Source: a virus (taxonomy: Duplodnaviria; Heunggongvirae; Uroviricota; Caudoviricetes). Taken from it: DNA of 64,000 nucleotides. A program made the translations under genes and the position numbers. Of the stretch, positions 49,708 through 60,662 are shown one piece after another. The number at the start of each line of letters is the position of its first letter. Position 1 is the stretch's first letter. Location: IMG/VR virus record IMGVR_UViG_3300003310_000099, positions 170,295 through 234,294 of that record; one strand, 5' to 3'. The notes beneath the pieces were generated by a model. That model did not search any database. It had not been told where the DNA came from and saw only the letters and a program-made list of their open reading frames with translations.

Positions 49708-51825
49708 ATGAAGCTTGAAGACAAGGTTGGCAACGTTTCGATTTCCGCTGGTATCAAGGTCACGAATTTCCGTCTCAAGGTTAATAAGCATTCTTTTAAG
49801 CAGCTTTACAGTGGTCTTTACAGCGATAAGATTCACGCAATCATCCGTGAATTGGCTACGAATGCTGCGGATTCGCATGTTTCTGCTGGTCGTGCTGACG
49901 TTCCTTTCGAGGTCCATCTTCCGAGTGAACTGGAACCGTTTTTCTATATTAAGGATTTCGGTACTGGTCTTTCCCCCGAACAAATTGACGGTGAAAACGG
50001 TATCTACATTACTTTCTTTGAATCTGATAAGGCCCATAGTGACGATTTCACTGGTTGTCTTGGTCTAGGTTCCAAGTCGCCGTTTGCTTATACTGACAAC
50101 TTTATGGTGGAAAGTCGCCATAATGGTAAGAAGTACAATTACGTCTGCCTTCACAATGAGGCTGGTGAACCGTGTATCGCGCCGATGGGTGAATGCGATA
50201 CTGATGAACCGAATGGGTTGAAGGTGGAATTTGCGGTCAAGACGGAAGATTTCCATAAGTTCCACGGCAAGGCTGAGGAAGTGCTTAGTTGGTTTAAGGT
50301 TAAGCCGACTGTCTTCGGTCGTGATTTTGAGTTTAAGAAGCACGAATATCTCCGTAGTACGGAACGGTATGGAGTGTGCAAGAATAATCGTGGTCATTCT
50401 ACGGTTGTCATGGGCAATGTTGCTTATGATGTTCATGCTACTGATTTCAGTTATAGTAAGCTTAGCGATGTTGAGCGACAGGTGATTGAGTGGGGTGTCG
50501 ATCTTTTCGTGGATATTGGGGACGTGGAATTCGTTCCTAGTCGTGAAAAGTTGGCGATGACTGATAAGACGGTTGTTGGCGTCCGCAAGTATTTGGGGGA
50601 CGCTATCAAGTCGATTCAGGAAGAATTGGAACTCCAGGTGCAGAAGGCACCAACTGTTTGGCAGGCACGCCGAATGCTTCACGATATCAAGCATTCGATC
50701 TTGGGCAAGGTCCGTAGTATGACTACGGTAATGTATCAGGGCGAAGAAATTTCTGAATACATTAGTTTGAACAAGCTTTATGAGGCTGAAGATGTAGCCA
50801 AGCCGAAGTTTGAATCCTTTTCTTTGAAGAAGGAAAACTATCGTCGGGCTGACGAAAACACCATCTATTGCGATGGTACGGTTATCTATCTGAATGATCT
50901 GGAGCATGGTGGTTATGCTCGTATCAATCAGCATCTTCGCAATAATAGTTACAAAAGGGGCTTCTGCGTAAGCAATGCGACCAAGGAATTCCTTGATAAG
51001 ACTGGTATCGGGGAAGTTGCCATTCTTACTTCTAGTCTGCCGAAGCAAGAACGCCAGAAGCGGGAACGGGTTGAGGGTGAATCTTCTGGTTATGTCAAGC
51101 GGACGCTGTTGCAGGAATACGTTCCTAGTGGCAACAGCTATGCTGGTAACTGGTGGCAGGATATTGAAGTCGATCTTGAAGAGGGTGGTGTTTATGTCGT
51201 AGTGTCTTACGGGCAGGTGGTTGAAGGTGATGGCAAGCGTTCTCCGCAAGACATTCGTTATAAGTACAACCTCATGAAGACGCTTAATCCCGATTTCAAG
51301 TTGCTGGCCATTCGGCCCGCTCACTTGGAAAAGATGGGCAAGCACGCGCACAAGTGGATTAAGTTTGACGATTATGCCAATGTTCTCTTGAAGGAGAAGG
51401 AAAAGTACGCTGAAGTGGCATTGGCATATTTGCAGCACAATGAAGTCGAGAACAAGGATCGTTACGAATTCTTTTTCAAGACCACTTTCGAGGATTATTC
51501 CTTGTTTGGTGATTTTCTTGAGAAATTGAAGGCTGCTCGGATTCATAAGGATAACGCAATCGCAGCAGCGTATGCTGAGTTGGACGGTCATTGCACGGTT
51601 AAGTGTCCTCTTTTGACGAAGAGGAATGCACTTGAACACATGCGTAATTCGATTGAGAAGGCATATCCTCTGCTTTCTAAGTTGGATTGGTGGAATGTTC
51701 GGAATGGTAATGTTGAGGATATTGCGGATTATATCCGTGCGATGGATGATCGTCGCATGGATAACATTGTGGCTCATCGACCTGCCGTTCGAGAAGCGGA
51801 GGTCCATTTAGAAGAGGCGGTTTAA
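49708..51825 (+). CDS. rIIA: rIIA-like protein (GHKL ATPase N-terminus)
   Basis: LYSDKI.AIIRELATNA.DSH, IKDFGTGLS, G.LGLGSKSPFAYTD.F.V.S, TDEPNG, VMGNVAY, IG.V...PSRE.L. Confidence 0.9.
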   Translation: MKLEDKVGNVSISAGIKVTNFRLKVNKHSFKQLYSGLYSDKIHAIIRELATNAADSHVSAGRADVPFEVHLPSELEPFFYIKDFGTGLSPEQIDGENGIYITFFESDKAHSDDFTGCLGLGSKSPFAYTDNFMVESRHNGKKYNYVCLHNEAGEPCIAPMGECDTDEPNGLKVEFAVKTEDFHKFHGKAEEVLSWFKVKPTVFGRDFEFKKHEYLRSTERYGVCKNNRGHSTVVMGNVAYDVHATDFSYSKLSDVERQVIEWGVDLFVDIGDVEFVPSREKLAMTDKTVVGVRKYLGDAIKSIQEELELQVQKAPTVWQARRMLHDIKHSILGKVRSMTTVMYQGEEISEYISLNKLYEAEDVAKPKFESFSLKKENYRRADENTIYCDGTVIYLNDLEHGGYARINQHLRNNSYKRGFCVSNATKEFLDKTGIGEVAILTSSLPKQERQKRERVEGESSGYVKRTLLQEYVPSGNSYAGNWWQDIEVDLEEGGVYVVVSYGQVVEGDGKRSPQDIRYKYNLMKTLNPDFKLLAIRPAHLEKMGKHAHKWIKFDDYANVLLKEKEKYAEVALAYLQHNEVENKDRYEFFFKTTFEDYSLFGDFLEKLKAARIHKDNAIAAAYAELDGHCTVKCPLLTKRNALEHMRNSIEKAYPLLSKLDWWNVRNGNVEDIADYIRAMDDRRMDNIVAHRPAVREAEVHLEEAV

Positions 51826-51856
51826 TATGCGTGATGACATGGCGAAAATTAAATAT

Positions 51857-51896
51857 TTTTACTATATAGATAACATGGAGGTTATCTATGGTAAAA
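51857..51896 (+). promoter_or_regulatory. Hairpin sequestering the HNH start codon, with ACTATATA in the 5' arm
   Basis: TTTTAC..ATAGATAAC / GTTATCTAT..GTAAAA; GGAG lies in the loop and the ATG (51888) in the 3' arm. Confidence 0.7.
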
Positions 51897-52589
51897 GATG
51901 GGGATGTATTTGGTCGTTTAACCGTCCTTCATAAGACAGAAGAAAAGCTTCGCAAAAGGTTTTTATGGAAATGTAGGTGCGTATGTGGTACTGAGTTATT
52001 AGTTGTGCAGGATGCACTTAGGAAAATCGGTGGCACTCAATCCTGTGGGTGTTTATTAAGAGATAAGATTACTGAGCATGGAAGAGGATTGGTAGATATT
52101 AGTGGGCAAAGGTATGAACGACTATTGGTAGTGAAAAATTCTGGTTTAAGGAAATATAATCGTGTTCTTTGGGAATGTTTGTGCGATTGCGGCAAGGTTT
52201 GTTTTTTGTTAAAAACCTCTTTAGTTGGCAAATTAGTCAAGTCTTGCGGATGTTGGAAGGCAGACCTTGCAAGGCAAAGATGTAAAGAAAAACATCCCGC
52301 ATGGAAAGGGGGAATGGAGAAACAATGTAGGGACAGGAATTGCCAGGCTCTTAAAATTTGGCGTAAAAAAGTATATTATAGAGATAATTATACTTGCCAG
52401 GTTTGCGATAAGCGTGGTGGCAGGTTAAACGCACATCATTTAGAGTCTTTTGCGGATTATCCAGAGCTTAGGTTCATTGTCGAAAATGGAGCTACATTAT
52501 GCGTAGGTTGTCACCGTTTATTCCATAAAAAATACGGTAAAGAACACGTTAGAAAATGGCAGTTTTTGGAGTTTCAAAATGAGAAGTGA
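51888..52589 (+). CDS. HNH homing endonuclease with two CxCxCG repeats
   Basis: FGRLTV..WKCRCVCG..SCGC repeated twice; RDNYTCQVC..LNAHH...NG.TLC..CH..FH. Confidence 0.88.
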   Translation: MVKDGDVFGRLTVLHKTEEKLRKRFLWKCRCVCGTELLVVQDALRKIGGTQSCGCLLRDKITEHGRGLVDISGQRYERLLVVKNSGLRKYNRVLWECLCDCGKVCFLLKTSLVGKLVKSCGCWKADLARQRCKEKHPAWKGGMEKQCRDRNCQALKIWRKKVYYRDNYTCQVCDKRGGRLNAHHLESFADYPELRFIVENGATLCVGCHRLFHKKYGKEHVRKWQFLEFQNEK

Positions 52590-53268
52590 TATGCACAGAG
52601 TAATTACGGAACGCCCGCGAGTTGGCGGGCGTATCAAGGCTCCCAAGGGCGAGAATAAGAAGAAGAATTGGGAGAAGAATAACGAAGCGGAGTCCAAGGG
52701 TGAGTCTATCCGCAAGAAGTGGAAGGCAACCTACGAGAATAAGCAATTCTCTGAAAAGCTTGGCCCGCTCTATCGTTACCTTCTCAGCAAGATCGGTTGC
52801 AAGTGGGACGAAGTTTATTCTGAAATCTGCGACGGATTAAGTCAGGATTCCGTAGTACAGAGCCATGTTCGTGACCATGTTTTCGATTTCGTAGCGGTGG
52901 ATTGCTACGAAGAGAATGGCGAGATTTATGAAGCGAACCATCCTGGTTCGCCAATGGACAGCTATAGCAAATATCATTCTCTTTATGTTCTGAATGGTAT
53001 CCTATGTAAGCTGCCACAACGTAAGCGTAAGAGTTGGCGTCAAGAGCAACCGAAGTTCCACGTCGGTACTCAGGTTTTGAAGTACCGTGGTATCTGGTAC
53101 GAAGTCGAATTGGTTGCCTTTGATGACCCTAACTCCAAGGTCAGTTTGAAGGATATGTTCCTTGGACAAGTGAGCGACCGTTGGAAGTTGCACAAGTTCT
53201 ACGGGAGCTATCTGCGCTGTGTCCGTAAGCGTTGCTTGAACAGCAAGGAAATTGAGAAATTAACATGA
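52579..53268 (+). CDS. Conserved hypothetical protein (MRxDMxxVIxERPR type)
   Basis: MRSDMHRVITERPR; E.LGPL.RYL....G..WD.VYSEIC. Confidence 0.75.
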   Translation: MRSDMHRVITERPRVGGRIKAPKGENKKKNWEKNNEAESKGESIRKKWKATYENKQFSEKLGPLYRYLLSKIGCKWDEVYSEICDGLSQDSVVQSHVRDHVFDFVAVDCYEENGEIYEANHPGSPMDSYSKYHSLYVLNGILCKLPQRKRKSWRQEQPKFHVGTQVLKYRGIWYEVELVAFDDPNSKVSLKDMFLGQVSDRWKLHKFYGSYLRCVRKRCLNSKEIEKLT

Positions 53269-53682
53269 TTACTTTTGAAGGCATAGCTAGTGGCGACCAT
53301 GAATGCTTTTGCTGGGATGTTACCAGAGAGGTTTACAAAGAAATCACTGGTAGCTTTCCCAGCAAGTATGACAAGTCCACCTTTAACAAGGGTGGAAAGA
53401 AGCAGCTTTACAAATTGTACCCTGGTGCTATATTAGATAAGCTGGGGGTCGGTCCCAATGTCAAGTGTAAAGTCACCATTAGTGCCGAGAAGGTAGAAGG
53501 TTCATAGTGGGGTTCAAAAAGCACGCCACCTTAAAATGCCATACATGCAAGGCAAAAAAGGCATTGGGCGGCACGAAAAAGATGGGTAAGTTGGATGATG
53601 GAACTTGGCAAATGATTAAGATGCCAAAAGTGGGTTATGTTTGGCTGTGTCCAACTTGCAACAGGAGACGAAATGGGTAATT

Positions 53683-54219
53683 ATGGAAGGTCTGCAATAT
53701 AAACCCAATTATTTAGGTGATGAAGCTGAAAAGCTAATACTCAACAAAATAGACTCGCAAGATTGGTCTACGGAGTTGAATCGGCGTGTGCAGCATTATG
53801 GCTATAAATATGCCTATAAAGAAAGAAAAGTCACACCTGAAATGTATCTTGGGCCACTGCCGAAGTGGTTGCAGATGATGAGCAATCAGTTGCTCAAAGA
53901 TGGGTTGATGTTCAGGGTGGCGGATCAGGTAATTATAAATGAATATGAGCCAGGGCAGGGGATTGGTAAGCACGTTGATTGTGTGCCATGCTTTGACGAT
54001 TCAATAGTTTCAATTTCCCTTGGCTCGTCTTGCATGATGGAATTTCAGCATCTCAAGAGCAAAGAAAAGCATTTATTGTTCTTGGAGAGGCTTTCTGCTG
54101 TATCAATCTCTGGTGAAGCGCGGTATGATTGGTTCCATTCGATTCCGAAGCGTTTGAGCGACAATGGCATTCCAAGGAATCGAAGAGTGTCTTTGACGTT
54201 CCGCAACGTGGTGATTTGA
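53683..54219 (+). CDS. AlkB-family 2OG-Fe(II) dioxygenase
   Basis: RRVQHYGY.Y, DQ.IINEY.PGQGI..HVD, ISLGS, RY.W.H.I, RVSLTFR. Confidence 0.92.
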   Translation: MEGLQYKPNYLGDEAEKLILNKIDSQDWSTELNRRVQHYGYKYAYKERKVTPEMYLGPLPKWLQMMSNQLLKDGLMFRVADQVIINEYEPGQGIGKHVDCVPCFDDSIVSISLGSSCMMEFQHLKSKEKHLLFLERLSAVSISGEARYDWFHSIPKRLSDNGIPRNRRVSLTFRNVVI

Positions 54220-57200
54220 TGAAACCAATGACAAAGGCTGCTAGGAAACGTCACCTGGAAAGTGCTGGCACCTATGGTTGTCCGTACTGCAAAGCGGATA
54301 TGGAAGAATTTGATTACGAAGAACCAGAGCCTGTTGAGGATGGCTCCTTTCAGCAGAAAGTAAGTTGTTTAGTTTGTAAGCGTCGTTGGATGGATGTGTA
54401 CGTCTTGACTGATGTTTGTGAACTCTATTGAGAGTAATTCAAAATGGCTAGAGTTAAACTCGAAGTCAATAAGGTCGAATTGCAAAAAGTGGTGACTGAT
54501 TTAGAAGCGAAGCAAGTCTTTGCTAATCCTAGTTACCTTTGGAAAGCAGTTGAAGGAACTGAGTGGGCCAAGAGTCAGAAGCCACGTCCTTTGACGGCTA
54601 GTGTTGCTTGCGCAAGGGCGAAGGAATTAGGAATTGTATCCAAAACTCCTCCAGGGAAGAAGGGTCGGGGTGGCAATCCTAATTTTGGCAAAGGCCCAAA
54701 AGGACCAAGAATCCCTCGTAGTGAGAAGTTCAAAGCATTCGACAAGACTTTTGAAATTATGGCAAAGGAAGTGCCACAGCAGTATCGTCATTTGATTGAT
54801 AAAATTCGGAAGGGCAGTATGAAGTCTGCCTTAAAATTGAAGTGTCTGGACTGTTCTGCATGGGATATCAAGGAAGTCAGGCAATGTGTTTGTACTGGCT
54901 GTTCTTTATTCCCATTCCGTCCAGGGGCTAATAAAAAGGTGGTGGCTGATGTACCTGAAAGCGAAGATGACGCGGGTGAAGGGGAAGAATGATGTTCCCA
55001 CTGGTCTACACTATGCCATTTTAGTCTATAAGACTGAATCCGTTTATATTGAGGGTGATGAACGGAGTCGGACTAATCCAGGGCATGGCTACCCTGCTCG
55101 CACAGAGGTCTATGAAAGCTTTGAACATTATGTAACTCTTTATAAAGACGAATGGCTCAAGGCTATTGAAGAATTTGCCACGAATGAAGACACCAAGAAC
55201 AAATTCATTTGTTTTGAAGTGCCGAAGCTCTCATCCGTCAAGACAAAGGTAGTGGTGGACATTGACTAAGCGAGAGAAAAAATTAGAGCAAGTAATTGAA
55301 TCACTATTGCCGCTTGTCGCAAAGAAGTCTGGCACAGCAATAGTGTGCGGTCATTGTGGGATTATATTTCCGCCGCATGACAATGACTGTCCAGTTCGTT
55401 TAGCAGAAAATGCTTTGTATTTAGAGGATGATGATGATGAAAGTTGATAATGTAAAGCAATGTTGGAGTGGTGCAGTAAGTGGACGGGATGAAGTCACGT
55501 TCACCGCTACCAAGGCTGAAGCTGATGAATTGAGAAATGCTCTGGCTATTGTAGATAAATGGCAGAAGCAAGCTTTGAAGAAAGTACCATCGGCAAAGGG
55601 TGCTGACTGGACAATGGTAACTTATGCAGTTAAGACGGACAAGGTAATTGTGGGCGTTGAATCAGGAGCATGTGGTTAATGGCATTCTATGTACAAGCTG
55701 CTGGTAATCTCACTTATAAAGTCGAACATGCTCTCCAGAAGTTCTTTGGGGATAAGGCAGAAGTCCATTGGTATAATGGACAAGTGTTTGTTAAGGTTAA
55801 GGATAATGCTGGGTTCGTTGCCGAAGATCATCGCTTGACTGATGAAGAGATTAAACAAGGTGTATTTGGTGGTGGTCGTATTGATGGATTAGATGGTAAG
55901 ATGTTCTGTATTAAGGTAGAAGAAATCAAAGAATGGCCTTGGAGAAAATATGAATCTTGAGCAGAGAGAATGGGATAGGCTTAAAGATATATTGTTGCCT
56001 TTCCTCAAGACGGCGAAGGGTATCCCTGACAACTGGCCTAAACAGTGTAGTTTACTTTACGATACTAGGGTAAATAATAAAAATGAAGAATACGCATACA
56101 TTACTTATCATAGGGCTGGGATTGATGCTGGTCCGACGATTGGTGATTATGCCAAATTAGAAGAATGGTGTAAGGACTATGGTGTAGAAGATGCAAAGTA
56201 ATCATCATCCTGAAAAGACAACTTATCCTGCGAACAAAATGATTCCAGTTGAAGCATTGTCTCTTTATAAGAAATACCCTAGAGCAAAGAAACACATGAA
56301 GCGAGAACATACAAGAGCTTCACGTCGGTATCTAAAACATAATTTGAAAGATGAGCATGAAACATTCAATACATAAACGTGCTAAGTTTGGCTGTTTGCC
56401 TGGCGATGTTTCTAAATCAAGAAAGATTGCCATGTTAGAAGGTGAAAGCACATCGCTAGGTGCCAAAACCTATCGTAAAGATTTAAAAAAAAGCAAATCG
56501 TAAGTTCCGTCATACTGCCATTAAGGATGAAACAAATGGAAGAGTATAAAGAACCAGAATATGAGAAAGTTAATTGTCTGGTTTGCGATAAAGAATTAGA
56601 TTATGACCCAGGAAAGACGCATGATGGCAATGTCATGGATGGCGGCTTTATGCTTATAAGCTTCCATTATGGAAGTCGGCACGATCAATGCCTTGGTTTC
56701 TCTGGAAGAAAAGCACATAGGAAAGACGCTTCTCCTATGCACAAACTGCTTACTTGCGACGATCTTGAAGCATTCATTTGCGATGATTGTTTTGAGAAGA
56801 AATTCGATAAGGTGAAGGGTTATGATATTGAAGTTCGCACTAGGAGACACCGAACCAAGGTGGTGTAACCATGAGTAGTCATCAATTAAAAAATCTTCAA
56901 ACCCGACGTAATGAAGCCGAAGCTTTATGGATTAATGCCAAAGCTAAGGTGACTGATGCTCAACGTGATGTTGAGAAATATCGCAGTCAGATGAAAAGTC
57001 TTGATGACGAAATCAATAAAGTGCGGATTAACATTGTTGTAAGTGAACATGCCTATGTCCGATTCTTTGAACGTGTATTAGGGCATGACTTGGAAGAGAT
57101 TAAAGAACAAATTATCCCTCCTGATGTTATGTCCATGATCCAAAGTCTAGGGGATGGTTCCTATCCAGTGGGAACTACCCATAAGGTGAAGGTCAAAAAC

Positions 57201-59507
57201 AACACGATTGTTACCGTTCTCACCAAAGACGAGAAAGATTAATGAAACTCAGCAGATTAATGCCTGAACATGCCGTATCCCCCAAGCGACTTTCCCTCGT
57301 CCGACTCGATTGCTTTGTCCAATGGCTTAAAAAGAATAAGCCAGAAGTAATCAAAGAAGCAGGAAAGTCTCTTGGTATCAAGGAACTCCATCAGGCTTTT
57401 GACGATCTTGGAGTAGGTACGGAACTTTATCGCCCGTGAATAGATACTTTTGCCGTAAGTGCCTGAAAATAAACAACTTAGTGATTTTGGTGAATAGATA
57501 CATGAATAGATCAGACTGTCCAGACTTTGACGATGACAAGTATGAGGAAATTCTTACATGGGCTAAGGCGGAAGTAATCTATGATGATGTTTTTGTAAAT
57601 GGTAAGGGGGAGAGGTTTGTTCGTCCAGAGCGTGGTTACTGGACGTTGCATTGGGAACATGGATTTATTGGTTTTAATACTCTTGCCAAGCAAGATGAAA
57701 AAGTGGCACGCATGGCTGCTGCGATGTTTATTTATTTATGGTGTAATGGTATTATGGCATCTATCGCTGATTCATTAGCGATATTGTATGCGAGGGCTTA
57801 TGTACGATCAACCCAATACTCGGAAGCAACTCCAGAAAAAGCAAGCACAACTGCAAAAGCAGATGGCTGAGCTTGAAAAAGAATTAAAAGCCATTGATCC
57901 TGACCCGATCAAAGAAGTAGCTCACGCCATTCATAGAACAATGTGTCGTAAAAGGCATGACGACGATTGTTCTTTTTATTATGATAATTGGGATAACCCA
58001 AGTGGGGAACGCCAAAAGTTCGTTAAAAAAGCTATTGAAATGTTGAAGTGTGCAGATAAAAACAAGGTTTTGGACATTTTAGACATTTTAGGAGAATAAA
58101 ATGGAGTTAGAACCTGGACAGAAATGTGCCCGTTGCACTCGTCTTCTGGACGGCGGTTATACAACCATTTACAATGAAAAAATGGATGCTATTAAGGAGA
58201 TTATTTGTACTATTTGCAATACTGTTGAATACATGGATGATTACAAGAAGGATGGCATCATTACGACAAAGATTATGATGGAAGCGTCGATGGCTAAGTA
58301 TTATTTTGAGGAAACTGACCTTAGCCGTTTGCGTCCCGAATGTCGTGAATTCTTCATGCAGAATAAAGTGCCATTGCTCCAAATCGCCAATGATGTGGTA
58401 GAAATTCACAAGTTGGTGGATGAATTTGAAGATAAGCATTGGCTTCCATATATCAAAAAGTATTGGAATGATACGAATGAGCGTGGTCATATCGCTGATT
58501 CAAGGAATTGCACTATTATGATGTGGGGGTGTGCTGGGCGTGTACTCATTACTGCTGAGCAGCCTGGCAGTAGTATTACTATGATTTTCAGTGATTATGT
58601 TGCTACTGAGGAAGATATCAAGAAGTATGGTGATATGTTCAAGCAACGGGGTGGCATTCAAGGTATCACTGCCAAGAAGGAAGACGCTATCTTCATCATG
58701 AAGGAACTGAATAAGATGAAGAAAATTAAGTTCCATCCCAAGGAAAGTGTAACAATGGCGGGGTTATGATTCTAGATTTGCATATAGGCAATAAAACCGT
58801 GAAGATTACAAAAGATATGAAGCTGGCAATGGCTCGCTATTATCTCAAGCCTTGCGAAGATCATTTGCAGGCTGTTAAAAAGTTAGCTGAAAAGGCTGGA
58901 ATGACTTTCTCTGCATTGCCATCTGAAGGACAGTTTAGGTTTGAATTCTATGTCAAGCGGGTTGGGCATTTGAGTAATTGTGTTATCGAATGCAACGTGG
59001 ACAATTTTCTTGATGGTGGTTATAAGATGGTATTTGCACCATGTCTTTGTGGAGATGAATACTAATGGGGATGGACGCAAAAGCTAATGTGTTTTATGGT
59101 TATAAGCAAGATGTAATTTGTCAGGATGATGAAGGTGACTATCTTCCTATGCCTGATGGCATTAATATTGTCAGGCAATGCGATTCCCATTATATGGCAG
59201 TTAAGCAAACTAATCAAAGGTTTGATTGGGACTACGGTATCCAAGATTTGAAGCTAGATTCCATGCAGAATCCTAATTTGATTGCTTGGAAGGCATTGCT
59301 GAAACAGGGGTGCGATGCTTTGGGGCTGGAATTCAAGGAAGAATATTGCGGCTGGTTCGTAGTTTGCGATTATAGATAAAAATTTTGTGAACCTTTTTGC
59401 TGTTTCATTCGTCTATTATTATGGAAGTGATGCATCATTCCATGAGGATGCGCCGTAGTGCGGTCCTCGACCAAGTAAATTTTTTTTATTGGCAAAGGAG
59501 AATTTTT

Positions 59508-60014
59508 ATGAATCAGTTAGTAGCATCATCTCGTAATGGTTTGACCCCTCGTAGAGACGACATTTTTGCCCCATTTGAATCATTTTTTAATCAAGTTTTC
59601 GATGAAATGTGGGGCGATTTCAGTGGTCTTAAGTCCAATGCCCGTAAGGGTTTCCCTGTTTTAGACGTTATTGAAGACAATGGTAAGTACATAGTTGAGG
59701 CATGTGTTCCTGGTGCAAGCGGTGAGAATTTGTCTGTGGAGATAGAGCCAGCTAAGGAAACTGATGTAACGAAGACAGCCAGAATTTTGAGGATTTCTGG
59801 ACGTTTGGATCAGACCCATCAATATTCTGATAAGGCTCAGTATTACAAGAAGGAACTTCGTAGAAGCTCATTTGAGCGAGCGATGTATTTGCCAGATTAT
59901 GTTCAAGGAGAGCCAGAGGCTACTCTTAAAAATGGCATGTTGAAATTGGTATGGGACGTTCCAGAATTGAAGCCACCTGAAAAGAAAACAGTAGCCATTA
60001 AGTGTTTAGATTAA
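59508..60014 (+). CDS. Small heat-shock protein (Hsp20)
   Basis: P.LDVIE, VPG, LRISG, EL...SFER...LP.......A.LKNG.L; AAGGAG RBS. Confidence 0.92.
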   Translation: MNQLVASSRNGLTPRRDDIFAPFESFFNQVFDEMWGDFSGLKSNARKGFPVLDVIEDNGKYIVEACVPGASGENLSVEIEPAKETDVTKTARILRISGRLDQTHQYSDKAQYYKKELRRSSFERAMYLPDYVQGEPEATLKNGMLKLVWDVPELKPPEKKTVAIKCLD

Positions 60015-60021
60015 ATCATTT

Positions 60022-60053
60022 GTAATGCCCCATAGCTTCCTATGGGGCATTAC
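60022..60053 (+). terminator. 14-bp hairpin after hsp20
   Basis: GTAATGCCCCATAG/CTATGGGGCATTAC; weak U tract, followed by ACTATTATA and a small ORF. Confidence 0.6.
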
Positions 60054-60212
60054 TATTATAAAGCATGTTAAAACTATTCCTTGCAGGTGCGGTTCTATTT
60101 TATATGTTTCTTTTTTGGCTATGTAGGCCAAAAAGGATTAAGGTTCCGTGTTGCCGCAGAATCTATCCCCAAATGAGTTGTACTAATGACGAATTGGATA
60201 GGGAAGTAAAAA

Positions 60213-60662
60213 TTGATAACAATATACACTGATGGTTCCGCTTGGCCTAATCCTGGTCCTGGCGGTTGGGCTGCTATTATCGACGGTAAAGAAATTTTTG
60301 GTTCCGAGAAACAGACTACGAATAACCGTATGGAAATTACGGCAGTCCTGCGTAGTCTTGAAACACTCCCACATGATTCAGACGTTAAAATATACTCAGA
60401 CAGTCAATATGTCGTCAATGGCATAGGGTCTTGGGTAGGTGGCAAACCATTCAAGGAAGGTTGGATGGTTGGTTGGCAAAAACGTGGTTGGACCCGTAGA
60501 GAAGGCGAATTGCAAAACGCTGATTTGTGGAAAGAAATTTATTCACTTGTAAAATTGTACAGTAGCGTTGAACTTAGATGGATTCGTGGTCATGACGACG
60601 ATGAATTAAATGAAAGATGTGATAAATTAGCATTAAAAGCGAGGATGAGTAATGGACAGTGA
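60213..60662 (+). CDS. rnhA: Ribonuclease HI
   Basis: IYTDGS..NPGPGGW, TTNNRME.TA, SDSQYV, N.DLW, W.RGH...NERCD.LA. Confidence 0.95.
   Translation: MITIYTDGSAWPNPGPGGWAAIIDGKEIFGSEKQTTNNRMEITAVLRSLETLPHDSDVKIYSDSQYVVNGIGSWVGGKPFKEGWMVGWQKRGWTRREGELQNADLWKEIYSLVKLYSSVELRWIRGHDDDELNERCDKLALKARMSNGQ

Noticed and set aside
50065-51807. 580-aa antisense ORF inside rIIA
   Set aside because: It is in exact codon register with rIIA and is explained by rIIA's avoidance of TTA/CTA/TCA. It has no RBS or recognisable motifs.
51850-52600. Group I intron around the HNH gene
   Set aside because: The HNH ORF fills nearly the whole interval, leaving no room for a ribozyme core, and the downstream gene has its own start.
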